Below the pieces are notes generated by a model that worked only from the letters and a program-made list of their open reading frames with translations, searched no databases and had not been told where the DNA came from. DNA of 64,000 bases. Source: Bdellovibrionales bacterium. GTDB taxonomy: Bacteria; Bdellovibrionota; Bdellovibrionia; Bdellovibrionales; UBA1609. Shown here one piece after another: positions 8,526 to 18,109 of the stretch. Both the position numbers and the translations under genes were made by a program. Position 1 is the first letter of the stretch; the number at the start of each line of letters is the position of its first letter. The stretch is from the NCBI GenBank assembly GCA_965219095.1, contig CBDCMT010000001.1:352001-416000 (forward strand). The letters are read 5' to 3'.

Positions 8526-10773
8526 CTATAGTAATTTACTAAATATTGAATCTAAATATTTATCAGAAACTTCAAATGTTTTTTTTGATGACGGATAATA
8601 TTCATCACTTTCGCAAAAAGAAACCTCTTCTTCCCTTTCTCTGGCTAATTTCTCTAATTCTCCACTAAAATCACTAAGATAACCATAAGTACTTTCTAGA
8701 TCTTCAAGCTCTCCAGAAACCTCTCTTATCTCTTCAGCACTATAATGACACCCACTATATTCTTCACACATGTCTTTAAGATAGCTTAAAACCTCATTCT
8801 CTACATTTTCTTTAGTATTTGAGTCAATTAAGCTAGAGAACATATCAAGGAATTCTTTTATAGAAATATAATCTTTCGCCTCATTAATGTTTGAACAGAT
8901 TGCTTCTTCAGCCGATTTTATTATAGGTTTTTTTATATCAAAATAAAGAAAAGGGTTTTTTTCAAATGCACTAAAGCACAGAAGAACTTCTTGTACAGAA
9001 ATAGGAGAACTATGCATAGGGTTTTGAAGATGTTTTTTAAAGTTATTTAATAGCCCTTTAAAAAAGGCATCATTTTTTTTTTATAAACCCCTTTGAAAGA
9101 TCGAGTTTAAATATAGAAGAAAATATACTTTCAAAGTTTAAGCCATTTCTGCTATTAAGACCAGTAATTTCTAAAATTTTTTCTTGTACACCTGTATCTG
9201 TAAGGATCTTTTCAAAAACCTTATTGCCGGAGGAAAGCAAAAAAAATCTTTCTACCTGCGACGGATAAATAGAAAAACATATTGAGTCACGCATTAAATT
9301 TAAATTTTCTTTAAAATGATTTTCCATAAAATCATTTACAGAAGGATTGGTAAATCGTATTTCATTTTTTCCCTTTTCATAAGATATAAAAGATCTCTCT
9401 GATTCTCTCAATGCTTTCTTAAAGTCATCATAAGAATGTCGATCGTTATCACTGTTTTCAACCATTTTGTTCCGTAAGTAGTTATAGGCTTCTTCTAGCT
9501 TCTCAACAGAAATTCCCCCTCTAAACGAAGCAATAGATAATATTAAGTGTTGAGAGAAGGGACTTAGTTTCTTAAATGCATATTCCCAAATACTTTTTGG
9601 ATTATCTAAGTTAGAAATAAAGTGCTCACTATAATTTTCAGAAGTAATGCCTTGTAAATCTAGATGACTTTTTTCTGTCATTGTTTCTATAAGCCTTGGG
9701 TTGAAATTTTTATGACGAACGACCTTTAGATAGGTTTTCCGTTTAACAAAGTTTTCAATATGAACTTTGTCTATATCAGAGTGAAGTAAGTGATTATAAA
9801 GGATATGCGCCTTATCACAGTCACTATACTTATCTAACTTTAAGATATACTTATTTATATCTAGTGAGCTTTGAGAAAATCTCTCTGAAAAGCTGTATGC
9901 CTGTTGCAAAACATACTCCCTAGTTGTTAATATCATTTTGTGAGTTTTATTATTTCTAGATACCTCATGAAAAAATTTTAAAATTGTAGAGTCTTCATTT
10001 TTCTCTAAATGATTTTCAAGAAAAGTCATTCCTAAAAAATCATCATAATAGAATATGGTTTGTCTCCTAGAGTTTAAAAACCTATAACCTTCCTGAATAT
10101 TGCTGGAAATTTTAAAAAAATTATACCCTCTTCCGATATAATAAAGACATAACATTTCAGCTAGCGTAGTTTTGCCCACTCCTGGTTCTCCTGAAATAAT
10201 GCAAAAATTTTTATCATCTAAAAACTTTCTAGTGTCTTCAAAAGATCTATTATTTACGTAAACTTTTAATTTTTCTTTTAACTGTTTTTCCTGTATTTGT
10301 GACTCAGCAACAACCCCTCTATTTAGAATTTTTTCTAAAATGCTTGTGCTTCCTATCCATAATTTAAAGTGAGACTTCTCTATTTCTGGATATTTTCTTA
10401 GCATTGTATTAACATCTTCATTACCATAGACAGTAGAATTTTCTACGCATTGTCTTAAAATTATTAAAAGATCTTCTTTCTGACGTGGACTAAGCTTACA
10501 TGATGTCGCTAGAGTATAATGAGAAAGTTTTAATTCTTTAATTTTAGTTATCTCTTTTGTTTTAATCTGAGATTTTAATGAATGGAAGTTACTATAATGC
10601 TTGCATTAAATAATATGTTGCTCTCCACTTTTCTCATAAAATCTTGCATCAATTCCTTGATCTTTTCCTAATTTAAAACTTTCTATATGAGGAATATCAA
10701 GGTGCTTTTGCAATAAATCGACCATTAAGGATTCAAAGTCTAAAGGAGATAAGTTATCAAAAGTGTAGCTCAT
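8526..10773 (-). pseudogene. Mrr-like restriction endonuclease + STAND (nSTAND3-like) NTPase, disrupted
   Basis: ATG at 10773 gives MSYTFDNLSPLDFESLMVDLL...GKDQGIDAR...II*CKHY, with TAA at 10606-10608 in place of the Q of QxK. In frame with 9070..10404 (GEPGVGKT, YYDDFLG, ILTTRE, NPRLIE). An A10 run at 9073-9082 frameshifts it from 8526..9017. Confidence 0.8.
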
Positions 10774-10811
10774 GGTTTTTTCTTTTAAGATTAGGACGTT
10801 TATGGCAAAAA

Positions 10812-11114
10812 TTAATACACCGTAAAACTAATAAAATCAATTATACTTTGAGCTCCAAAACCAATGGCTGAACCCACTAAAGCATAGATAATATGTTGTT
10901 TTGCGTTAGGGTTTCCTGTAATGAAGCTAAAAGTCGCTACCACAAGTCCTATGACAGAAACAACAGGCAAAATCACCCCTGTAAGCCTTGATTTTATCCC
11001 TATGAGAGAAGACTCAAGGCTTGCTATGGCTTGTTCTTCAAAAAGCCACAGAAAAACTCCTGTTAGCAAAATAAGCTCTAAAAATCCAGCTATCCTTTTT
11101 ACTCTATTTACCAT
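10812..11114 (-). CDS. TrbC/VirB2-family pilin
   Basis: Long signal-like N-terminus and two hydrophobic helices ending IGFGAQSIIDFI, typical of VirB2/TrbC. Confidence 0.75.
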   Translation of the reverse strand: MVNRVKRIAGFLELILLTGVFLWLFEEQAIASLESSLIGIKSRLTGVILPVVSVIGLVVATFSFITGNPNAKQHIIYALVGSAIGFGAQSIIDFISFTVY

Positions 11115-11556
11115 CCTTTTCCTCCTTAGCTCTCAATTCTTGAGCGTTTTTCTCCTCTATAGGTTCAAGTTTCATGTAAATGTCGTTTGCTCCAAAAAAA
11201 TCCCAGCTTAACTGCATAAACCCTTTATTTTCTCCCATAAGGATTTTTCCCTCTCCTACACTGCTCCAGTAATATTTTTTATCAGGAGTTGGAGAAGGTT
11301 CCCGTGTGAGAATCACGTACTCATACTTGTGAGGATTTCTATTTTCAGGAAGAAGATAAAACTTAGAGCCTAAGAGAGTTTTAATGAATACATGATAGGT
11401 TTTAGCTCCTTCAAAAATACGAGCCTGCCCTAGAGTTCTTTTCTTTCTTATTTTTCCATAACTGTCTGTCACCCCTTTAAAGATTTCAAAAGATTTACAT
11501 TCTGGTTTTATATTGAGTCTTTCTTCAAGATTGATGATATTTTCCTGTATTGTCAT
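11104..11556 (-). CDS. Hypothetical protein of the element (beta-rich, possibly nucleic-acid binding)
   Basis: 150-aa ORF overlapping both neighbours; aromatic motif YYWSSVGEG...FMQLSWDFFG. Confidence 0.55.
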   Translation of the reverse strand: MTIQENIINLEERLNIKPECKSFEIFKGVTDSYGKIRKKRTLGQARIFEGAKTYHVFIKTLLGSKFYLLPENRNPHKYEYVILTREPSPTPDKKYYWSSVGEGKILMGENKGFMQLSWDFFGANDIYMKLEPIEEKNAQELRAKEEKDGK

Positions 11557-11953
11557 AAAAATATACTCCTTTCGTGGTTAATATCTTTTTCTTTTGTGTA
11601 TGGACTTCTGATAGATTCTTTCTTAATTTGCTAAGGGCTTGAGTGATAAGTTTATCTGTCCTAGGCCATGACATATGGAGAGTTTTTCCTATTTCAAACG
11701 TATCCATTTCTTTCCAAAACTTGCAGTAAATTGCTATCCTCTCTTTTCTTTCTAAGAAACAAAGCTCTTTTTTAAGTTCTTCAAATACTGTTTCTGAAAA
11801 AAGCATACACCTCACCCTATAAAGCACTGGGATAAGCATAGACTTAGACCTTGATAAAGAAATGAAACTAATCTCAGAAAAATCACTAGAAGAACTAAAG
11901 AGAGGGTAATAATCCTTTAGGGCTTCTTTGTAACTTCAAGGTCTGTATTCCAT
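11525..11953 (-). pseudogene. Sigma-70 region 4 HTH protein with probable premature stop
   Basis: LERKERIAIYCKFWKEMDTFEIGKTL...ALSKLRK. The frame extends upstream to ATG at 11953 (MEYRP*SYKEAL...) with one TGA at 11936-11938. Confidence 0.6.
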
Positions 11954-12108
11954 AGGCTTTGGCAGACCACTTTTTGAAGCCCCTAAGATTTTTTACCCCT
12001 CTACTTATGGGAGGCGACCTACAAAAATCGCTCTTTTTCGGCATTTTTTACGCATGTCGTCTTTTGCAAGTTACTGAAAAGATAGGGGAAAAAATTTTTC
12101 ATTTTTTT

Positions 12109-12555
12109 TCAACACCTGCACTTTTTTTCGCCATTTTGAGGTTTTTGAGCAAAATAGCTTTCGATCTTTTTTAAAGCCCTTTTTCTTAAATTGTGGACAT
12201 TTCCCAAGCCTATCCCAAGGGTTTCGGCTGTCTCTTTACGAGTTCTGTTATGCCAAAACAGGTATCGTATGACTTGCCTTTCTCTTGTGGTTAGAAGTTT
12301 CATAGCAGGCCGTATTTTATCCTTAAGCCCCCTTGTGCTTTCTTCTTGAGAGCTGACATTTTCAAAAATAGACTCCGTCATTTTTGCACAAGCCTTTTGG
12401 TATCTTTTAAAGCCTATTTGGGTTTCTTTGAGAGGAATCTCTATGTTCTCTACTAAGTAATTTTCCCATTCCTCTGGACTCCAATTCCTAGAGAGTCTTC
12501 TTAGTTCTTTTTCTGACATGATTTTGTTTATCATGTGATCTTGTATTTTTTTCAT
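12109..12555 (-). CDS. Sigma-70 region 4 domain protein
   Basis: LTTRERQVIRYLFWHNRTRKETAETLGIGLGNVHNLRKRALKKI. ATG at 12555 follows AGGAGG (the track starts at 12663). Confidence 0.8.
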   Translation of the reverse strand: MKKIQDHMINKIMSEKELRRLSRNWSPEEWENYLVENIEIPLKETQIGFKRYQKACAKMTESIFENVSSQEESTRGLKDKIRPAMKLLTTRERQVIRYLFWHNRTRKETAETLGIGLGNVHNLRKRALKKIESYFAQKPQNGEKKCRC

Positions 12556-12677
12556 CTTTACCTCCTGAAAGTTTTCTTTTTTCTCATAGAGAAAGACCTT
12601 GTTTTTTAATAGTGCTTTAGTTTTTAGACGAAGTTTGAAATCAATGGCAAGAAAAAAAAGCAAGTGATTTTAAATAC

Positions 12678-12803
12678 TTTTCAACTCTGAAAAGAATTCT
12701 CCTTTTTCTTTTCAGAACTGAAAACTATTTTTTATGTCGTTAAGAAAAGTTTCCAGATTAGGATAAAATCTTCAATAAAGTTTCCAGTTCTGGAAACTTT
12801 ATT
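12678..12803. promoter_or_regulatory. Array of palindromic operator-like sites TTTYCAG-N2-CTGRAAA
   Basis: Sites at 12678, 12709, 12750 (half) and 12781. The last is inside the perfect IR AATAAAGTTTCCAG-TT-CTGGAAACTTTATT (12774-12803). Confidence 0.65.
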
Positions 12804-12870
12804 TTCTAAATAAATGGACTTCATCTTTTCTTTGTGCTAGACCTAATCTCCTTAAAGTAAGGAGACGAAC

Positions 12871-13701
12871 ATGGATATAGTTTCAATTTATAAAAACAAA
12901 GAAAAAAGACAAGAGTCTTTTTCTCATGAGGAAAAACAAGCTCAAATTATCTCTGAATTGAAAGAGCTTCTCAAAAACTATCTTGCAAAAAATCCCAACA
13001 TCACAGCTAATGCCTTTTGTCTAAAAAACAACCTTTCTTCTTCTACAGTGAATAACCTTTTAACAGGCGTTACAAAGAAATATGTTTCTTCTGAGGTGGC
13101 TCGTAAGATTGTTTGTGGAGTCAATAGAGGAGAAACTATAGGGTACATTCTTCGTAACACTGAGGGAGTCTTAGGAGAATTCTTAAGAAGAAAATACGCA
13201 TCTTTAGTCAATGTAGAGATTGAAGGTACTTATCCTGAAAATATAGAAAGAACCCTTAATACACGCAATGCAAGACTTGTTATGATGCTGGCTCATAACA
13301 AGAGAGGCACAACAAGAAAAGAAATTTCTGAGAATCTAGATAAGTTTGCTCTAGATTCTTTAGAAAAAATGCTTTCCGAAGGTGTTCTCCATGAAGATGA
13401 AAAGGGCATCATTACAGGGAAATCTCCACATATTTATCTTAATAATGAAATCACAAAAGAGCTTATTCAAGAGGTGAATTATTTTCTGAAGCCTTGTGAA
13501 GAAAATGATAGTCAAGTCAAAATTTTATGGGGGAGACTTTCAGATAAAAAAAGAAAAAAGCAAAAAGAGATTTTACTTGAAGCTATTGAAAAAATAAGGG
13601 AGCTTTATAAAGAAGAGGATTTAGATGGAGAACCTACATTTGTCACAATAACAGCAGATACCTTATCACAACCAAAAAACAACAAAGGAAAATTAAAATG
13701 A
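12871..13701 (+). CDS. HTH transcriptional regulator, TIGR02147/DUF4423-like architecture
   Basis: N-terminal XRE-like HTH (ANAFCLKNNLSSSTVNNLL) and a central winged helix (TRKEISENL...LEKMLSEGVL); divergent from the transfer operon. Confidence 0.55.
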   Translation: MDIVSIYKNKEKRQESFSHEEKQAQIISELKELLKNYLAKNPNITANAFCLKNNLSSSTVNNLLTGVTKKYVSSEVARKIVCGVNRGETIGYILRNTEGVLGEFLRRKYASLVNVEIEGTYPENIERTLNTRNARLVMMLAHNKRGTTRKEISENLDKFALDSLEKMLSEGVLHEDEKGIITGKSPHIYLNNEITKELIQEVNYFLKPCEENDSQVKILWGRLSDKKRKKQKEILLEAIEKIRELYKEEDLDGEPTFVTITADTLSQPKNNKGKLK

Positions 13702-14237
13702 AAAAAATATTATTTGTAACATTAACTCTTATCTTCACTCAAGTTGCTTTAGGTTTTGTAAATAATGAGCTAAATGAAAATCCAGAAATTAAAATCCATG
13801 AAGGTTCAGAAATAGAAAGTCATTGCTTTCCTTCAACTGATAAAGAAAACCCTTGTGAAAACCCCATTATTCTAGGTGGAGAAGGTGGTACAAACCCTCC
13901 TAAAAGTAAAGATAAGAGAGATAAAGGTGACTATGGAATTTATTTCCTTTCTGATGGCTCTGAGGATTATGGCTTTGAGGGTGATAGTGAGCTTGTGGTC
14001 ATTCATTTAAAGCATGAGATAACAAGACTTGTCAGGGAAAATGAGGGTATTTTTGACGTGAGCTTTTTATTAAGTGAGCTTGGCAAGAAATATCCTCACT
14101 TCAATCTTACAGAAAAAAATATTTTAGAAATTTATGAGCAAGATAGCTATAGTTTATTTAGTTTTGACTTCTCTAAGCCTTTTAATCTAGTATCAGGTGG
14201 CAGAAATGATGTTAGTGGCGGGGAAGGTGGAAATTAG
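13698..14237 (+). CDS. Secreted hypothetical protein with GGEGG motifs
   Basis: Signal peptide MKKILFVTLTLIFTQVALG; ATGA-coupled to the regulator. Confidence 0.6.
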   Translation: MKKILFVTLTLIFTQVALGFVNNELNENPEIKIHEGSEIESHCFPSTDKENPCENPIILGGEGGTNPPKSKDKRDKGDYGIYFLSDGSEDYGFEGDSELVVIHLKHEITRLVRENEGIFDVSFLLSELGKKYPHFNLTEKNILEIYEQDSYSLFSFDFSKPFNLVSGGRNDVSGGEGGN

Positions 14238-14270
14238 AAACTTTAAACATTTATATTTTTAAAATTATTC

Positions 14271-16595
14271 TTGAAAGAGGGCGATTTATTGATAAAAAAA
14301 ATTATTAACATAAAAAATCTTGGTATATTTAAAGATTATAATTCACCCAGTTCTTTACCTGAATTTAAGAGATATAACCTTATTTACGGTTGGAATGCAT
14401 CTGGAAAAACTACGTTATCAAAACTGTTTGAATCTCTAGAAACTGGGGCGAACAAGGATTTTCCAGATTTAAAATATAAAATAAAAGTTTCTAACTCTCC
14501 AAGTAAAGAGATAAAAGAGAGCATTGCTTATCCAAAAAAAATAAAAATCTTTAATAAGGAGTATATTGCAAAAAATGTTCAAATTGAGGAAGGTCGAGCA
14601 AAGGCCATAGTTTTTCTTGGGGAAGATAATAAGAAATTATCTGAAGAAATAAAAACAGATGAAGAGAGCCTTACGAAACTTAAAAAGGAACTAGAAGAAT
14701 TACAAAAAAATGAAAAAAAAACAGAAAAAGCAAAAGGGGAAATATTTACTTCAGTAGCACGTACTATAGGAGAAGCCATAGGCGGAAATGCCAGGAGGGA
14801 TTATAAAAAGAATAATGCAGAAGAAGGGTTTGATACATTTTTTAACAACAAGGGGGTAACTGATGAGATTTTAGATGATGATCAAATAGAAGTTTTTTCA
14901 GATACTTGCAAGCAAGACATTCAAGATAAACTAGATGAAATCTTAACACCTTCTTTTCATATAAATGGAGCTACTAAATCTCTTTCTGAAGCTGTAAATA
15001 CGCTTTTAGACAAAGGCACAAAGCTGTGTCTTCAAAAAATCAATGTAGTAGCTATTGAAAGACTGAAAAAGAACTCCGATATTTCAGGATGGGTTGAAAA
15101 AGGACTTTCTTTGTATAAAAAACATAACTCAGAAAATTGTGAATTTTGTGCTCAAGAAATAACAAAAGAGAGATTAAGTGATCTTGAATCTTATTTTAAT
15201 GAGGCCAGTAATAAAGCAAAAAAAGAAATTAACTCCATTTTAGAAAAATTTAGAGAAATTTGTAATGGTATAAAAAATATAAATCCACCAGATAAAGCAC
15301 GACTTTATAAAGAATTTCAAAACCTCTATCAAGAAAGTGTGCAAGCACTTGAACAAAAGAGAGAAAATACCTTAGAAGAAATTAAAGACTTAGAAAAAGT
15401 TTTAAATAATAAAAAGGAGCGAGTGAGCAAAGAAATCGAACTAGAAAACAACGTATCAATATCCGATCTTTTATCTGAAATTGAACCTGTTAATAATTTC
15501 ATTGAACAACATAATGAAAAAACAATAAACTTTGGGGCAAAAAAAATAGAGGCTGAAGACAAGATAAAAAAACATCATTTGGCAAATATTTATAATAATG
15601 TGAAAGAAAAAAATAATGAGCTACAAAGTTTTCAAAACGAAATAAAAAAAATCAATGATGGGAGTAATGAAAGCCCTGGGGCAGCTTTCCTTGAAAAGAA
15701 AATTGAAGCTAACAAATCTAAAATATCTTCAGTTCATAAGAGCTGCAAAGAAATAAATGAAAAACTAAAAGCTTTTTTGGGAAGAGATGAAATTTCTTTT
15801 GAAGTAGGTGAGGGCGACGAATTTTTTTCTCTCAAACGAAGAGGTGAAGATGCAAAATATCTCTGTGAAGGGGAGAAAACAGCAGTGGCTCTGGTGTATT
15901 TTTTAGTTAGCCTAAAAGAAAAAGGAATTGAACTTTCTAACACCATTATTTTTATTGATGATCCAATTTCTAGCTTAGACTCCAATTCAATATCACAAGC
16001 CTTTGCGTTTATAAAAAGAGAGATAGATTCATCATATCAAGTTTTTATTTCTACTCACAATTATAACTTCTTTAAAAAAGTAAAGGGATGGCTGGATGAT
16101 AAAAGAAACAAAGGGTGTAAAGAAAATGAAAAAGCAGAATTTTTTATGGTAAAAAACTTAGTAAGGGATGACAATAGAGAGGCTATAATATGTCCTTTGG
16201 ATGATCTAATAAAAAAATATAATTCAGAATACCAATACCTATTTAGCGTGATCAAGAAAGCAGTAGACAATGAAAGTCTAGATGATGCTAAAGAGTGGTA
16301 CCCTCTTCCTAATATGGCAAGGAAATTTTTAGAAATCTTTCTTGCATTTAAAATTCCTTCAGAAAATGTTTTTAGCTCTCAATTAAGTATGTTTTTTAAA
16401 AAAACAGGCTTTAACGACGCTAGTAAAAGAAATAAAATTGAGAGTTTCCTAAATGAAAAATCACACTTTTTTCCAAATGGAATTGAAGGTTTTGATTTAG
16501 ATAATCTATCCGAGTGTAAAGGAGTTTTACAAGATATACTCCTTTTGGTTGAAAATACAGACAAAGAGCATTATGAAGAACTTAAGAAAATATAA
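14271..16595 (+). CDS. AAA_13 / RloC-like SMC-type ATPase with zinc hook and C-terminal HEPN-like region
   Basis: GWNASGKT, coiled coil with CEFC hook, LCEGE signature, IFIDDPISSLD, STH, and C-terminal NMARKFLE...FLNEKSH. Confidence 0.8.
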   Translation: MKEGDLLIKKIINIKNLGIFKDYNSPSSLPEFKRYNLIYGWNASGKTTLSKLFESLETGANKDFPDLKYKIKVSNSPSKEIKESIAYPKKIKIFNKEYIAKNVQIEEGRAKAIVFLGEDNKKLSEEIKTDEESLTKLKKELEELQKNEKKTEKAKGEIFTSVARTIGEAIGGNARRDYKKNNAEEGFDTFFNNKGVTDEILDDDQIEVFSDTCKQDIQDKLDEILTPSFHINGATKSLSEAVNTLLDKGTKLCLQKINVVAIERLKKNSDISGWVEKGLSLYKKHNSENCEFCAQEITKERLSDLESYFNEASNKAKKEINSILEKFREICNGIKNINPPDKARLYKEFQNLYQESVQALEQKRENTLEEIKDLEKVLNNKKERVSKEIELENNVSISDLLSEIEPVNNFIEQHNEKTINFGAKKIEAEDKIKKHHLANIYNNVKEKNNELQSFQNEIKKINDGSNESPGAAFLEKKIEANKSKISSVHKSCKEINEKLKAFLGRDEISFEVGEGDEFFSLKRRGEDAKYLCEGEKTAVALVYFLVSLKEKGIELSNTIIFIDDPISSLDSNSISQAFAFIKREIDSSYQVFISTHNYNFFKKVKGWLDDKRNKGCKENEKAEFFMVKNLVRDDNREAIICPLDDLIKKYNSEYQYLFSVIKKAVDNESLDDAKEWYPLPNMARKFLEIFLAFKIPSENVFSSQLSMFFKKTGFNDASKRNKIESFLNEKSHFFPNGIEGFDLDNLSECKGVLQDILLLVENTDKEHYEELKKI

Positions 16596-16622
16596 TAAAA
16601 GACTCCCTTTACAATAAATTTT

Positions 16623-16808
16623 TTATTTACAAACGCTCCTATCAAATACAGCAGGACAACCCCAATCCATATCAATAACCTTCATAGTCTCGATCTGCAA
16701 ATGTAGGATCATCTTCATAGGAATTTCAGGCTTCCCCACTAAAGAACAAATCAAAAAGAAGCTCACAATGGCTCCAACTATCCTTGGAATAGAAAATATC
16801 GAAAACAT
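16623..16808 (-). CDS. Small hypothetical membrane protein
   Basis: 61 aa with a hydrophobic N-terminus; AGGAGG upstream. Confidence 0.45.
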   Translation of the reverse strand: MFSIFSIPRIVGAIVSFFLICSLVGKPEIPMKMILHLQIETMKVIDMDWGCPAVFDRSVCK

Positions 16809-16828
16809 AGCTTTCCCTCCTTGTTAAA

Positions 16829-18080
16829 TTATAATTTATCTTTCCATCGTTTAAATATTCTTTTCACAGTAGTGTGATGCCAAGAGATAACTCCTCTGCG
16901 ATTTTTAAATCCTTTATTTTGAAGCTCTGAGATAATGGCTGTTAAGGAAAGTCCTTTCTTTTTTAAATGAACCACAAGACGACAAACTTTTAACTCCGAC
17001 TGATTCACTAAAAGCTCGCTGTTTTTTCCTCGTCTGAAACCATAAGGGACACGAGGTAAACGGTAATTTTTAGGATTTCTCAACTTTTCCAAAGATCTCT
17101 TAGTAGATATGCCAGAGCGCAACAAAAGTTTTCTGATTTGATGGTTTGAAACATCCAACTGTTTAGCAATCTGGCTTATAGACAGACTCTTTTTTTCATA
17201 AAGTTCCTTAAAAACCTTAGAATCTATGGCTTGTATTTTTGGGAAAAACTCAATAAAATAAACATAATAGAGCAGGTTGTTCTGTTGTCGTGGTCTATCC
17301 ACCAACCGTGATAACGGACGAACCCAGGAACGATTAAGTTCCCTTTCTTTATTTTCTTGAAAAATAGAGTTTTTCTGCTTTGAATCAAGATGAAAATTCT
17401 GTGTTGGTGCTAACCCATAGCACTCCACATAAATTCCTTCACGAGCTACTACCACTTTCCGTAGAATGTTTTTTAAGACTTCTCTTTGTTGACGTGGAGG
17501 GAGATTAGGGAATTTTTTATTAAAAGCTCTTAGCAGAGAAAAGGCACTTCTTAGATCAATAATATTACTTGAAATCATTTTTCTTTCTTGAACGAGGCTT
17601 CCTATCTCTTCTTCTAAAACCTCTTTTTCACTTTCCAGCTCTTCTAGCTTCTTCATAAGAATTTTAGTGGATTTAGCTTTAGGAGCTTCTGAAATCGCTG
17701 AAATGATTCCTTCTATTTTACTTCTTATAGCCTTGTGCTTTTCTTTTACTGACTGTATCAACCCATCTTTATAGCTTGAGTTTTTAAATTTGCCTTCATT
17801 ATTTTCGTAGATAAGAGACTTAAGAAGCTTCTGATCCTCTTTCAATCGCTTCAACCCAGCTAGCACTGCTTCTTCTAGCTGAGGGGCGGAAATGCTTTCT
17901 AAGATACACCGTTGAGTGTGTCTGTCTCCTTGATTGAGCATTTTTCTTTTGTGGCTGTAATAGTAGTATTTTCCGCCTCGTCCTTTTCCTGATTTTCCTA
18001 CAAACTTCTCCCCACATTCTTTGCAGTAAACAAAACCTTTAAGCCTATAATTATGAACATATTTTCTGGTTTCTTTTTTA
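16829..18080 (-). pseudogene. Large serine recombinase, 5'-truncated; zinc ribbon + coiled coil fused to an extra HTH + recombinase domain
   Basis: YRLKGFVYCKECG...YYYY...RC zinc ribbon; C-terminal PYGF...GLSLTAI..L...G..NRRG..W...TVKRI. The catalytic N-terminus is replaced by an IS-end-like sequence at 18081. Confidence 0.8.
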
Positions 18081-18109
18081 GCCTCCTCAAAAGAATCTGT
18101 GGGTTCCCG
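18081..18109. mobile_element. Orphan IS/MITE end GCCTCCTCAAAAGAATCTGTGGGTTCCCG
   Basis: 29-bp identity (inverted) with 28179-28207; the terminal 16 bp also occur at 59603-59618. Confidence 0.65.

Noticed and set aside
17280..17310. tRNA or tmRNA gene at TCCACCA
   Set aside because: No T-arm (GTTCGA) or cloverleaf upstream; kept only as a possible att core.
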